DNA of 55,617 bases from an uncultured Pseudomonadales bacterium (GTDB lineage Bacteria; Patescibacteriota; Microgenomatia; UBA1400; PJMF01): positions 1 through 55,617 of the forward strand of contig CAZKVV010000004.1 in the NCBI GenBank assembly GCA_964556485.1. The letters are read 5' to 3'. Of this stretch, positions 8,577 through 18,824 are shown piece by piece. A model generated the notes under the pieces. The model was not told the DNA's origin. It saw only the letters and a list, made by a program, of their open reading frames with translations, and made no database searches. How positions within the stretch are numbered: the first letter of the stretch is position 1; each line of letters begins with the position of its first letter. The position numbers and the translations under genes were made by a program.

Positions 8577-10523
8577 ATGAGTACCGATATGAAGCCCGTA
8601 AACACCCCCCCTCAAGATATCAACGCAAAGAAGCCTGCTGTAAAGCGGTTTGAAATTAGTTTCAACCCTGGAGACCTGTTTGGTAAAGGCTTACTTTTTG
8701 TGCTTGTTGGAGTATTATTTTTGCCCTATGTCATGAGTATTATTTCAGGAAGTGCTGGACCTGAAGAAGTGGGCTTGAGTCAATTTGTCACAGACGTTCG
8801 CGATGAGAAAGTTACTAAAGTTGAAGTTCGAGGTGAAGAAATTACTGCCATATATGCCGATGAAACTTCAAAAATTACTCGAAAAGAGAGCGGATCATCT
8901 GTTATTGATATTTTGTCCGCTGCAGATATCGATTTAGCAAAAACAAGTGTTGTAGTTGAAGATCTTTCTTTGTCATCTTACTTTTGGGATTTGGTGGTTG
9001 GCGTGCTTCCAGTGCTATTGATGGTGGTCTTTTTCTTGTTCCTGTTCCGTCAGGCTCGAGGTGGTCAAGATGCGATTATGGGCATTGGCAAAAGTAAGGC
9101 AAAACTGTTCGTAAAAGGTAAGCAGAACACAAAATTTGCAGATGTTGGCGGCATGGACGAGGCGAAAAAGGAATTAGAAGAAGTCGTCGACTTTTTGAAA
9201 AATCCTAAAAAATACGAAAAAGTTGGCGCACGTACACCAAAAGGAGTTTTACTCGTTGGACCTGCGGGTACCGGAAAAACCTTGCTCGCAAGGGCGGTGG
9301 CTGGTGAGGCCAACGTGCAGTTCTTATCTATTGCAGGCAGTGAATTTATGGAAATGTTAGTTGGCGTAGGCGCTTCTAGAGTTAGAGATTTGTTTGATAC
9401 AGCTAAGAGGATTGCTCCAGCAATCATTTTCATTGACGAAATTGATGCGATTGGTAGAATGCGTGGTCAAGGCAACATGGGTGGCCATGATGAGCGCGAA
9501 CAAACTTTGAATCAAATTTTGGTTGAAATGGACGGATTTACTCAAAGTGATAAAGTTATAGTTATGGCAGCAACTAATCGAGGCGACATGCTCGACACAG
9601 CTTTGATTCGACCCGGAAGATTTGACCGAAGAGTTATGGTTCGTCTACCAGATCTAGATGAGAGAAAATACATTATTAGTATTCACGCAAAAGGTAAGCC
9701 TTTTGTAGAAAACTTGGATTGGGATAGAGTTGCTCGCCGAACAGTGGGATTCTCTGGAGCCGATCTTGAAAATATGCTCAATGAAGCTGCAATTGCAGTG
9801 GCAAGAGAATCTCGCACTCAAGTAACAATGGAAGATATTGAAGAAGCTTCACTTAAAGTTAAATTGGGCCCTAGCAAACGTAGACTGCAAGATATTCATG
9901 AGCGCGAGATGACTGCCTATCATGAGGCTGGTCACGCGCTTGTTGCACATGTTTCTCAGCATGCTGATCCTGTTCATAGAATTTCAATTGTCTCTAGAGG
10001 AAGTGCGCTTGGATTTACTCTTACGCCTCCAGAAAAAGACAAGCTACAAACCACTAAGTCTGAACTTATTGATCGAATTGCAGTACTCATGGGTGGTCGT
10101 GCAGCTGAAGAGTTAGTTTTCAAAGAACTAACAGCAGGTGCAAGTAGTGACATTGAGCGAGCAACGAGAATAGCACGAGCTATGGTGGTTGAGTATGGTA
10201 TGAGTGAATTAGGACCGATGAATTTATCTCCACTCTACGAAACGTCAGATTACGGAAAAGCCTGGGGTGAACCTATTAGAATTTCAGCAGCATTGCAAGA
10301 AAAAGTTGATGCTAAAACCTCGGAGTATATTAATGCAGGCTACCAAATGGCGATTTCGATTCTTAAGAAATACAGGGTGCAACTTAATGCGGTCTCTCAA
10401 AAACTGGTTGAAATTGAATCGCTCGATGCTGATGAATTTGCTAAACTAATGAATATGCCAAAGGCTAAATTTGAGCATCAAGCGTTATTGGTTGCAAGAA
10501 CTAGTAAAACGGCAAAAAAATGA
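8577..10523 (+). CDS. ftsH: ATP-dependent zinc metalloprotease FtsH
   Basis: Two TMs, Walker A GPAGTGKT, pore FMEMLVG, SRH RPGRFDR, HEAGH; start placed 7 nt after TATAAT (8564-8569). Confidence 0.97.
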   Translation: MSTDMKPVNTPPQDINAKKPAVKRFEISFNPGDLFGKGLLFVLVGVLFLPYVMSIISGSAGPEEVGLSQFVTDVRDEKVTKVEVRGEEITAIYADETSKITRKESGSSVIDILSAADIDLAKTSVVVEDLSLSSYFWDLVVGVLPVLLMVVFFLFLFRQARGGQDAIMGIGKSKAKLFVKGKQNTKFADVGGMDEAKKELEEVVDFLKNPKKYEKVGARTPKGVLLVGPAGTGKTLLARAVAGEANVQFLSIAGSEFMEMLVGVGASRVRDLFDTAKRIAPAIIFIDEIDAIGRMRGQGNMGGHDEREQTLNQILVEMDGFTQSDKVIVMAATNRGDMLDTALIRPGRFDRRVMVRLPDLDERKYIISIHAKGKPFVENLDWDRVARRTVGFSGADLENMLNEAAIAVARESRTQVTMEDIEEASLKVKLGPSKRRLQDIHEREMTAYHEAGHALVAHVSQHADPVHRISIVSRGSALGFTLTPPEKDKLQTTKSELIDRIAVLMGGRAAEELVFKELTAGASSDIERATRIARAMVVEYGMSELGPMNLSPLYETSDYGKAWGEPIRISAALQEKVDAKTSEYINAGYQMAISILKKYRVQLNAVSQKLVEIESLDADEFAKLMNMPKAKFEHQALLVARTSKTAKK

Positions 10524-11515
10524 TCACTACTCATGCCTATGAGAAAGAGCTCGAACGCATTTCCCGTACGCGCTTTATCATTTTTGATGGACACGCACTA
10601 ATTTATCGTGCGTATCATGCTTTTCCTGAGCTCACCTCGCCAGAAGGACTACTCGTAAATGCTGTCTACGGTTTTTCTCGTATTATGCTTACCGTGATCC
10701 GTGATTTTCAGCCAGCTTATATTGCTGTCGCTTTTGATCACAAGGGAAAAACAAAACGAGCAGCTGCTTTTGAACAGTACAAGGCACATCGTCCAGAAAT
10801 GCCTGACGACCTCAAGCTGCAAATTCCACTTATCAAAGATTTGGTGACCACTCTTAATATTCCCACTTTCGAACAAGAAGGTATCGAGGCAGATGACTTA
10901 ATTGGTACAATTGCCACCTTGGTGACCGAGCAAAATACAAAAATCACAGATGCAGTGGATTCAATTTTGACTACGGTTGTTAGTGGCGACAAAGATTTAT
11001 TGCAGTTGGTCAATGATGATGTTTCAGTGTGGATTCCTGGAAACAAGTGGTCCAAGGATACTGAGTACTCTTTACCAGAAGTGGTCAAAAAAATGGGAGT
11101 TGAGCCCAAGCAAGTTCCAGATCTCAAAGCGTTGATGGGCGATAGTTCGGATAATATTCCAGGTGTAGCAGGTATTGGTAAAGTGACTGCAGAAAAATTG
11201 GTGGTGGCATTTGGATCGGTTGAGAATTTGTATCAAACCATAGACGCTGTTACTGAGGGTACTGCAACGCATCCACTCCTCAAAGGAGCCGTCCTTACTA
11301 AACTTATTGCCGATAAACCAATGGCGTACCTCAGTAAAGAGCTTGCCACCATTGATACTCAGGTGCCAGTCGATTTTTCTCTAAAAAAATGTGTGGTAAC
11401 AGATTATGATAAAGATAAAGTTGCAAACTTGTTAGAGAAACTCAATTTCCGCTCATTGGTGCAACTGTTGCCTTCAGATGCATTTCAAGAGTCAGTGCAA
11501 ACAGCATTATTTTAG
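10520..11515 (+). CDS. Stand-alone 5'-3' exonuclease (Pol I N-terminal/FEN domain)
   Basis: FDGHALIYRAYHA, YKAHR, EADDLIGT, SGDKDLLQL, H3TH GDSSDNIPGVAGIG; no polymerase domain. Confidence 0.92.
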   Translation: MITTHAYEKELERISRTRFIIFDGHALIYRAYHAFPELTSPEGLLVNAVYGFSRIMLTVIRDFQPAYIAVAFDHKGKTKRAAAFEQYKAHRPEMPDDLKLQIPLIKDLVTTLNIPTFEQEGIEADDLIGTIATLVTEQNTKITDAVDSILTTVVSGDKDLLQLVNDDVSVWIPGNKWSKDTEYSLPEVVKKMGVEPKQVPDLKALMGDSSDNIPGVAGIGKVTAEKLVVAFGSVENLYQTIDAVTEGTATHPLLKGAVLTKLIADKPMAYLSKELATIDTQVPVDFSLKKCVVTDYDKDKVANLLEKLNFRSLVQLLPSDAFQESVQTALF

Positions 11516-11552
11516 GCATGATGAGGCAGACCATTTTGAGAGTATGTCAAGT

Positions 11553-12722
11553 ATGATAGAAAAAAAAGACCAACAAAAAAAACTTCGTGTCGCATTGGTG
11601 CACGATTATCTTCGTGAGTATGGTGGTGCCGAGCGAGTTGTAGAAGCGCTGCACGAACTATTTCCAGACGCACCGCTTTTTACAGCGTTTGTCGACCAAG
11701 AAGCACTTGGCATCCACTGGCAACAGTTTGCAGGTTGGGATATCCGCCAAACCAACATGGTTAAGTTACCTTTTTATAAAAAACTGTTTTCTCCCTATCG
11801 CATTTTTGCACCTCAAGCGTTTAAAGCGATCGATTTATCTAATTACGATGTTGTTATTTCATCATCAAATGCTTATTTTGCTAAAGCTGTGACGACAGAA
11901 AATGATTCGGCTCAAGCAGTTCATCTGTGCTATTGCCATACTCCAGCCCGGTCGTTGTACGGGTACACCACTATGAGCAACTGGAAACAAAATCCAGTTA
12001 CTCGTTTTTTTGGCACTTTGTTAAATCATTACTTGCGGGTTGTAGATTTTAAGATTTCTCAGGGTCCTATGCAGTTTTTGGCTAATTCTCAGGAAACACA
12101 ACGCAGGATTACTAAGTTTTATCGTCGTGATTCCCAAGTGATATATCCGCCAGTAACTATACCAAGTAATCCTCCTGTAAAAAAAACAGGAGAGTATTTT
12201 TTATATGTTGGCAGGTTGGCTGCTAGCAAACATGTTGAATTAGCAATTAAGGCTTGCACGCAATTGTCAGTACCATTAAAAGTAGTGGGGAGTGGTAAGG
12301 GCATGTTTTATTTGAAAGAGCTTGCGGGACCAACGGTGTCATTTGAAGGCGCTGTTGATGATGATAAGTTGGCCGAATTGTATAGAGGTGCCAAAGCTCT
12401 CATTTTTCCTGCTGAAGATGAAGATTTTGGCATTGTCCCAGTTGAGGCAATGGGACATGGGGTGCCGGTAATTGCGCATAGATCGGGTGGACCAAAAGAA
12501 ACAATACTTGAGGGTAGAACGGGTCTCTTTTTTGATGCACTAACTACTCAAGCAGTTGTCGAAGCGCTTTGCTCTTTTGAAACGTACACATTTGACAAAA
12601 AAATAATTTATCAACACGCTATAACATTTAGCAAAGAGCGATTCCAAAAAGAAATTTTCAAAGTTGTTGAAAAAAGTAGGTTTATGAATCTGAGATCATG
12701 TCGAGGAGCATTTGATCAATAA
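11553..12722 (+). CDS. GT4-family glycosyltransferase
   Basis: VALVHDYL..YGGAERV, YCHTP, EDFGIVPVEAMGHG; start could be 11544. Confidence 0.92.
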   Translation: MIEKKDQQKKLRVALVHDYLREYGGAERVVEALHELFPDAPLFTAFVDQEALGIHWQQFAGWDIRQTNMVKLPFYKKLFSPYRIFAPQAFKAIDLSNYDVVISSSNAYFAKAVTTENDSAQAVHLCYCHTPARSLYGYTTMSNWKQNPVTRFFGTLLNHYLRVVDFKISQGPMQFLANSQETQRRITKFYRRDSQVIYPPVTIPSNPPVKKTGEYFLYVGRLAASKHVELAIKACTQLSVPLKVVGSGKGMFYLKELAGPTVSFEGAVDDDKLAELYRGAKALIFPAEDEDFGIVPVEAMGHGVPVIAHRSGGPKETILEGRTGLFFDALTTQAVVEALCSFETYTFDKKIIYQHAITFSKERFQKEIFKVVEKSRFMNLRSCRGAFDQ

Positions 12723-12968
12723 TTGGCACTTTGTCAACAAATTCACCCCGATCATTTGCCTGGATGATTCTAATTTTTGCAATGTCATCTCCAAATGACT
12801 CGTATTTTTGTGTTAAGTAGGTACTATCTGAAAAGTATTTTCTCTATATATGCTTACCTCATGATTAACGGCTTTTGCTCCCAAAAAAGCTGCGATGGCC
12901 TAAGTTGCAATTTGTAAAAATTCTCTTCGAGAAACTAGTTTTTCTAAGTGTGACTCATGCTCTTGCAT
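12682..12968 (-). pseudogene. Disrupted small membrane-anchored gene downstream of GH39
   Basis: ATG 2 nt after the GH39 stop: MQEHESHLEKLVSRREFLQIAT-(TAG)-AIAAFLGAKAVNHEVSIY..., then a frameshift into RKYFSDSTYLTQKYESFGDDIAKIRIIQANDRGEFVDKVPIIDQMLLDMISDS-stop. Confidence 0.5.
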
Positions 12969-12970
12969 CT

Positions 12971-14386
12971 TTACATTTTTTTGAACGTTATTAGTACCAC
13001 TGTATTTGGTGCAAGTGAGACTGTGGTTTTGATCTGTGATTCAGAAATTGCTACAGTGCCAGACTGCACCGCGCCGGTATGAAATTCTTTGGTTATGGTG
13101 TAGCTACCAGTGGGCATGCCGGAAATAGTAATTGGGACGTTTTCACTATGACTACCAGATTTATCAAAGTTTGAAAGCACAATTTGAATTTGTCCGTCAT
13201 CATTTTTTGCTGCCAGACCTTTAACCCAACTTCCTTTTCCAAGCAATTGCACTCGCTGTGTTCCAATCTTATCTAACAGGCGTAAGCCGTTATAGCGAGG
13301 TTTGGCGACGGCTCCATGGTCGTTGTGAGTAAACAGTCCCCAGCGACCCCATTTAGCTTGGCCATTAGGGTCTTTTCCGTCCTGTATTTCAAAAACAAAT
13401 GCTCGTTCTACAATTCCCACCATCTCGATTGCTCCTGCTACCGCATGTGCAGCTCCATAGTTGGTATCATATCCAGGGTCATTTTCACTGTCATGACCCC
13501 ACTCTGTGATGTGTAATTCAAGCGTTCCTGCTAAGCTTGGATAGTCACTAAGCCAGGTGCGAGCATCAGTCATATCTTTTTTGTATTGATCGATATCATG
13601 GTTGTAGCGGTGCCAAGAAAAGAAATCTAAGCGTGTTCCGGTTTTTGTGGCATGATCGGCTAATGCTATAAACCAGTTTTTATAGAGGGCAGTTATGCCT
13701 GGTCCGCCAAACTTGAAAGCTTGAACTCCTCGCGCATTTTGTGCACCTTTTGCCGCGTAATCATAGAGAGTAATGTAGTTGCGATCGCCGTAGTATTTCC
13801 AGTCGCCAAAGAGGTCTGGTTCATTCCAAACTTCATAATAGACATTTGTAATACCTCGAGTTCCACTGATATGCTCGATTGTTTTTTGGATCACCAGTTG
13901 CCAGTCACTGTAGCTCTTTGGTGGGGAAACGATATCACCAGAAGCAATTACTGGCGGCATGTATGAAAGTGCAATATAGGGTTTGGCCCCAACTGCCAAA
14001 ATATCGTCAATGACAAGATCGAGTTTTGAAAAGTTGAAAGTCAAGTTGCCTGGTGTGCCGCCAACAATGTCATAAAAATCGTAGATGTGGTCAATTCGAA
14101 TATAGGTTGGTCGTAATGCTTTTACCTGAGGAATAAGGCCGCCAATTCTCCAAGCATGATCTTCACCGCCTTGTGCAAGATTTCTCCATGGTCTTGGCAT
14201 GGGGCCAAGAACTCGATCTGCGGCAACGATAATATTGGCAGGTTCGCCGCTGGCTTTTGAGAAAAATTCCCTCACTTGATCAAGTTGCAATGCGCCAACA
14301 ACAGCAACACTGAGTACTCCCAGTAATACAATTCCCTGGGCAATGAGTTTCATTCTGTTAACGTAGCGATATCTAGTGACGTGCAT
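12971..14386 (-). CDS. Membrane-anchored GH39-like (clan GH-A) glycoside hydrolase
   Basis: N-terminal TM, YIRIDHIY, acid/base YEVWNEPD, FFSWHRY, nucleophile ITEWG; start may be 14353. Confidence 0.85.
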   Translation of the reverse strand: MHVTRYRYVNRMKLIAQGIVLLGVLSVAVVGALQLDQVREFFSKASGEPANIIVAADRVLGPMPRPWRNLAQGGEDHAWRIGGLIPQVKALRPTYIRIDHIYDFYDIVGGTPGNLTFNFSKLDLVIDDILAVGAKPYIALSYMPPVIASGDIVSPPKSYSDWQLVIQKTIEHISGTRGITNVYYEVWNEPDLFGDWKYYGDRNYITLYDYAAKGAQNARGVQAFKFGGPGITALYKNWFIALADHATKTGTRLDFFSWHRYNHDIDQYKKDMTDARTWLSDYPSLAGTLELHITEWGHDSENDPGYDTNYGAAHAVAGAIEMVGIVERAFVFEIQDGKDPNGQAKWGRWGLFTHNDHGAVAKPRYNGLRLLDKIGTQRVQLLGKGSWVKGLAAKNDDGQIQIVLSNFDKSGSHSENVPITISGMPTGSYTITKEFHTGAVQSGTVAISESQIKTTVSLAPNTVVLITFKKM

Positions 14387-14418
14387 GTGGATAATAGTGT
14401 AGCATCTGATCAGTATTG

Positions 14419-14447
14419 TTGACAATTTAGCAATCTATAGCTATTAT
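14419..14447 (+). promoter_or_regulatory. hrcA promoter
   Basis: TTGACA-N17-TATTAT. Confidence 0.75.
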
Positions 14448-14453
14448 TGCTAA
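14427..14453. promoter_or_regulatory. CIRCE operator
   Basis: TTAGCAATC-N9-TATTGCTAA versus consensus TTAGCACTC-N9-GAGTGCTAA, directly upstream of hrcA. Confidence 0.85.
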
Positions 14454-14468
14454 TAAGGAATCAGTATT

Positions 14469-15191
14469 ATGATTGATCTTACCGCGCGACAAATTCAAAT
14501 TTTACGTGCAGTCATTGAAGAATTTATAAATACTGCAGAGGCAGTTGGTTCCGAAACAATAGATAAAAAGTATACTATTGGCGTTTCTCCAGCGACTATT
14601 CGTAACGAAATGGTTTACCTTGAAAAGCAAGGATATCTCAAGAAAAGTCATAGTAGTGCCGGCCGAATTCCGTCACCGTTGGCAATGAAATTATTCGTTA
14701 ATGAATTGATGAAGGAGAAAGAACTTTCAGTTGCGGATGAAGTTTCAGCAAAAGAAAAAATTTGGAATAGTCGTAATGAAATTGATGAATTGTTGTATCA
14801 AATGACAAAGGTTTTGGCAGAAAAATCAAAGGCACTAGCTGTAACGATTCTTGATGACGATCGCATTTATCATGCTGGATATGCAAACTTGCTCAAGATG
14901 CCTGAGTTTTTTGATATTACAGTGATGCGCAATGTGCTACAACTTTCCGAAGAAATTAAATTGCTTGAAGAAATTTTTAATTCGGGGGCCAGTGAAAATT
15001 TAGTGCATGTTATTTATGGTCCTGAATTGGGAAATAAACATCTCGAACCAATTGGTATGATTCATATGTCGTTTGTAATAGATCAGCGACCAATTCATGT
15101 TGGCATATTGGGTTCATGCCGATTCGACTACCCATACATCATTCCAGTGATGAAATATTTGCGCGGTTTGATTCGTGAAATTGTTGAATAA
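14469..15191 (+). CDS. hrcA: Heat-inducible transcription repressor HrcA (short form)
   Basis: RQIQILRAVIEEFI, VGS, VSPATIRNEM, HSSAGRIPS. Confidence 0.95.
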   Translation: MIDLTARQIQILRAVIEEFINTAEAVGSETIDKKYTIGVSPATIRNEMVYLEKQGYLKKSHSSAGRIPSPLAMKLFVNELMKEKELSVADEVSAKEKIWNSRNEIDELLYQMTKVLAEKSKALAVTILDDDRIYHAGYANLLKMPEFFDITVMRNVLQLSEEIKLLEEIFNSGASENLVHVIYGPELGNKHLEPIGMIHMSFVIDQRPIHVGILGSCRFDYPYIIPVMKYLRGLIREIVE

Positions 15192-15234
15192 AATAGTACA
15201 AGAACTGCCCTGCAAAGATATTAAAAGGACAGCT

Positions 15235-15714
15235 ATGCAAGTTACAAGCAAAAAAATGACAGATAAAAATGTAGATGTGTCAGAGGTAGAAGTATCAGAA
15301 TTTGAGCAAAAGATCGCTGAGCTTGAAGAAAAACTAGAGTTGGCTCAACTCAAGGAACAACGAGCGCTGGCAGATTATCAAAACTTAGTCAGACGTACGC
15401 AACAAGATATGCTCAGACGCAGTAAGTTAGCTGCTAAGGATTTTGTAACCTCCTTGTTGCAACCACTCGAACACCTTCATTTGGCGGCCGAGCAACTTAA
15501 TGATCCTGGATTACACATGGTGGTTGGTGAATTATGGAAAAACTTGGATGAACAAGGTTTAACCAAAATAGAATGTCTAGGCAAACCATTTGATCTTGAT
15601 TATATGGAGGCTGTTGAGAAAGCCGGTAAGGGTGAAAAAGTTACCAAAGTGGTGCGAAATGGTTATGAATTGAATGGTGAAACAGTGCAGGTTGCACGAG
15701 TGATACTCGATTAG
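15235..15714 (+). CDS. grpE: Nucleotide exchange factor GrpE
   Basis: RALADYQNLVRR, GKPFD, VRNGYELNG; SD AAGGA before ATG15235. Confidence 0.92.
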   Translation: MQVTSKKMTDKNVDVSEVEVSEFEQKIAELEEKLELAQLKEQRALADYQNLVRRTQQDMLRRSKLAAKDFVTSLLQPLEHLHLAAEQLNDPGLHMVVGELWKNLDEQGLTKIECLGKPFDLDYMEAVEKAGKGEKVTKVVRNGYELNGETVQVARVILD

Positions 15715-15745
15715 TAGAGGTGATTAGTTTGGTACATACTGCAAA

Positions 15746-15795
15746 TTAGCAGTCAAAATAGTTTACTGCTTGCAGTCAATCACCTCGTTTGCTAA
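15746..15795. promoter_or_regulatory. Two interlocked CIRCE-like operators upstream of dnaK
   Basis: TTAGCAGTC-N9-TACTGCTTG (15746-15772) and CTTGCAGTC-N9-GTTTGCTAA (15769-15795), overlapping TGcTAAAAT. Confidence 0.7.
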
Positions 15796-15844
15796 AATGG
15801 CATCGTAATATAAGAACTAAGCTACTATTTGTAGGAGGAAAACT

Positions 15845-17773
15845 ATGTCAAATACAAATAAAATAATTGGTATCGATCTTGGAACCACAAATTCAGCTGT
15901 CGCTGTGATGGAAGGTGGATCTCCAAAAATTATCGCTACAGCAGAAGGCAGAAATACTTATCCTTCTATCGTTTCATTTAAGAGCGGTGATGTCTCGGTT
16001 GGTGATATTGCTAAGCGCCAGATGGTTTTAAACCCTAAAAAGACGGTTAACTCTGTTAAGCGTTTTATGGGTGGCAAATTTAATGACAAACAAGTTAAAG
16101 AATCAATTAAGCATGTTGCTTATTCTGTCGTTGAAGGTAAAGATGGTATGGCTGTGGTTGATATTGACGGCAAGCAGTTTACTCCACAAGAAGTTTCAGC
16201 CAAAATTTTAGCCAAAGCTAAAGCAGATGCAGAGAGTTACTTGGGCGGCACTGTAACTCGGGCAGTTATCACTGTTCCAGCATATTTCAACGATGCGCAA
16301 CGCCAAGCAACCAAGCAAGCAGGTGAAATTGCTGGCCTAACTGTTGAGCGTATTGTTAATGAACCAACTGCTGCAGCATTAGCCTATGGTTTAGAGAAAA
16401 AGGGTAACGAAGTTATTGCTGTCTACGACCTTGGTGGTGGTACCTTTGACATTTCAATTTTAGATATTGGTGATGGTGTGTTTGAAGTGAAATCTACCAA
16501 TGGAGACACATTTCTTGGTGGTGACGACTTCGATAGCAAGATCATTGATTGGGTTGTTGCAGAGTTCAAAAAAGAACAAGGCAAAGATCTCTCAAAAGAT
16601 CCGCAAGCTCTGCAGCGTATCAAAGATGCGGCTGAGAAGGCTAAAATTGAACTTTCAAGTGCGCAACAAACTGAGATTAACCAACCCTTTATTACTCAAG
16701 GTTCCGATGGCCAGCCATTACACCTCACCCTCACCCTTACTCGAGCCAAGCTTGAAGAGTTGGTAGACGAACTGGTGAAGAAATCATTTGAGCCAGTTAA
16801 AAAAGCACTTAAAGATGCTGGTCTTTCAGCAAAAGACATCAGCGATGTGGTCTTGGTTGGTGGTATGACTCGTATGCCAAAAATTCAACAAGAAGTTGAA
16901 AAATTCTTTGGCAAGGCTCCTCACAAAGGTGTAAATCCTGATGAAGTAGTGGCTATTGGTGCTGCAATCCAGGCAGGTGTGATTGGTGGCGACGTGACTG
17001 ACGTCGTCCTTTTGGATGTAACACCATTAACACTCGGTTTGGAAACGTTGGGTGGTGTGAGAACTCCGCTTATTGAACGAAATACAACCATTCCAACCAG
17101 CAAATCTCAGGTTTTTTCAACTGCTGCAGATAATCAAACTTCAGTAGAAATTAACGTGTTGCAGGGTGAGCGAGAAATGGCCGCTGACAATAAAACATTG
17201 GGTCGATTTATCCTTGATGGTATCCCACCAGCCCGCAGAGGTATGCCACAGGTCGAAGTTACTTTCGATATCGACAGTAATGGCATCTTGCATGTAACCG
17301 CAAAAGATAAAACTTCTGGCAAAGAACAGAAAATTACCATTCAGAACTCAACTAACCTTTCTGAGGAAGAAGTTGAGCGCATGAAGGCTGATGCTGAAAA
17401 GCATGCTGAAGAAGACAAGCTCAAAAAAGAGTTGGTAGAAGCAAGGAATCATGCTCACAGTGTTGTATTTGAAATCGAGAAACAACTTGCTGATTATGGC
17501 GACAAGCTCGAAGAAAAAGACAAATCTGAGATTGAAGAAACGGTCAAAAAACTTAAAGAACTCGCAGATAGTTCAGATGCAACCAAAGAATCAATTGATA
17601 GTGCCGTTGATGAAACATTCAAGTCTGCACAAAAAATTGGTGAAGTGATGCAAAAAGTTCAGCAAGAAGAAGCTGCAAAAGCTGGCGTTTCTGGACAAGA
17701 CTCTGAGTCAAAAGTAGGGGCAAAGGATGCTTCTAAAGACGGAGCTCAAGAAGGTGAAGTAGTTAACGAGTAA
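15845..17773 (+). CDS. dnaK: Chaperone DnaK
   Basis: [34 protein letters not shown]. Confidence 0.99.
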   Translation: MSNTNKIIGIDLGTTNSAVAVMEGGSPKIIATAEGRNTYPSIVSFKSGDVSVGDIAKRQMVLNPKKTVNSVKRFMGGKFNDKQVKESIKHVAYSVVEGKDGMAVVDIDGKQFTPQEVSAKILAKAKADAESYLGGTVTRAVITVPAYFNDAQRQATKQAGEIAGLTVERIVNEPTAAALAYGLEKKGNEVIAVYDLGGGTFDISILDIGDGVFEVKSTNGDTFLGGDDFDSKIIDWVVAEFKKEQGKDLSKDPQALQRIKDAAEKAKIELSSAQQTEINQPFITQGSDGQPLHLTLTLTRAKLEELVDELVKKSFEPVKKALKDAGLSAKDISDVVLVGGMTRMPKIQQEVEKFFGKAPHKGVNPDEVVAIGAAIQAGVIGGDVTDVVLLDVTPLTLGLETLGGVRTPLIERNTTIPTSKSQVFSTAADNQTSVEINVLQGEREMAADNKTLGRFILDGIPPARRGMPQVEVTFDIDSNGILHVTAKDKTSGKEQKITIQNSTNLSEEEVERMKADAEKHAEEDKLKKELVEARNHAHSVVFEIEKQLADYGDKLEEKDKSEIEETVKKLKELADSSDATKESIDSAVDETFKSAQKIGEVMQKVQQEEAAKAGVSGQDSESKVGAKDASKDGAQEGEVVNE

Positions 17774-17779
17774 TCTTTC

Positions 17780-18643
17780 ATGCCTACCAAACGCGATTAC
17801 TACGAAATTTTGGGAGTGAGTAAGGGTGCAACCGAGCAAGAGTTGAAATCTGCCTACCGCAAGATGGCTCTCAAGTGGCATCCTGATAAAAATCCAAAGA
17901 ATAAAGAAGAAGCGGAAAAAACGTTTAAGGAAATAAACGAAGCATATCAAGTGCTTTCAGACAAAGAAAAGCGCCAAACGTACGATCAGTTTGGACATGC
18001 AGCTTTCGATCCAGCCAGTGGTATGGGTGGAGGTCCATTTTCTGGTGGTTTTGGTACTGGCCAGGGACCATTTACATATACCTACTCATCTGGGGGAGGC
18101 AATCCGTTTGGTAACTCTGATTTTGGTGACCCGTTTGAAATTTTTGAACAGTTTTTTGGTGGTGGTTTTGCCAGAGCGCAACAGCGACCTCGTTATTCAT
18201 TATCCATAGAGTTTATGGAAGCGGTGACGGGTACAACCAAAGAAGTAAATATTGATGGTAAAAAACATTCCATTAAAGTTCCTGCCGGTGCCAATGATGG
18301 CACGCGCATTCGTTTTGACCAGTTTGACGTGAGTATTAATGTACGAACACATCCTCGGTTTAAGCGTGATGGTTACGATGTCTTTGTAGATCACGCCATT
18401 CCCTTTAGCTTGGCAACATTGGGAGGAACTACCAAAGTTGAAACCCTGCGCGAGCAATTAAGTCTTAAAATTAGACCTGGAACTCAAACACATACGCTTG
18501 TTCGCCTTCGTGAGGAAGGCATTCCACATATCCGTGGAGGTGGTAATGGCGATCTGTATGTGCGTTTGATGGTGGCTGTGCCAGAAAAACTCAACCGACA
18601 GCAACGCAAAGAACTCGAACGTTTGCAAGAAGTTGGTCTGTAA
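17780..18643 (+). CDS. dnaJ: DnaJ-class co-chaperone lacking the zinc finger
   Basis: J-domain with HPD, G/F-rich region, C-terminal domains; no Cys residues. Confidence 0.92.
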   Translation: MPTKRDYYEILGVSKGATEQELKSAYRKMALKWHPDKNPKNKEEAEKTFKEINEAYQVLSDKEKRQTYDQFGHAAFDPASGMGGGPFSGGFGTGQGPFTYTYSSGGGNPFGNSDFGDPFEIFEQFFGGGFARAQQRPRYSLSIEFMEAVTGTTKEVNIDGKKHSIKVPAGANDGTRIRFDQFDVSINVRTHPRFKRDGYDVFVDHAIPFSLATLGGTTKVETLREQLSLKIRPGTQTHTLVRLREEGIPHIRGGGNGDLYVRLMVAVPEKLNRQQRKELERLQEVGL

Positions 18644-18696
18644 AAGCTGATACTTTTTCTTTGCAGTACTGTTCTCAATAAGACCACCCATTTTTA

Positions 18697-18725
18697 TTGC
18701 CATTTCTAATGCGCGGTGGTATAAT
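18697..18725 (+). promoter_or_regulatory. nusA operon promoter
   Basis: TTGCCA-N17-TATAAT with extended TG. Confidence 0.8.
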
Positions 18726-18745
18726 GATGCAGTTGCTGATAAGGG

Positions 18746-18770
18746 AAGGGCTCAAGATAGAGCTCTTTTT
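18746..18770 (+). terminator. Putative attenuator hairpin in the nusA leader
   Basis: AAGGGCTC-AAGATA-GAGCTCTT followed by TTT, between the promoter and nusA. Confidence 0.55.
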
Positions 18771-18824
18771 ACTTATATAGGCACAATACGTACAAAACAC
18801 ACAATAGGAAAATAAAGGAAGCGT

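Noticed and set aside
12682-12968. Stop-codon reassignment explaining the in-frame TAG
   Set aside because: TAG and TGA both end many intact genes in this window, and a frameshift is also needed.
18743-18750. KOPS octamer GGGAAGGG
   Set aside because: A single occurrence is uninformative and it overlaps the leader hairpin.
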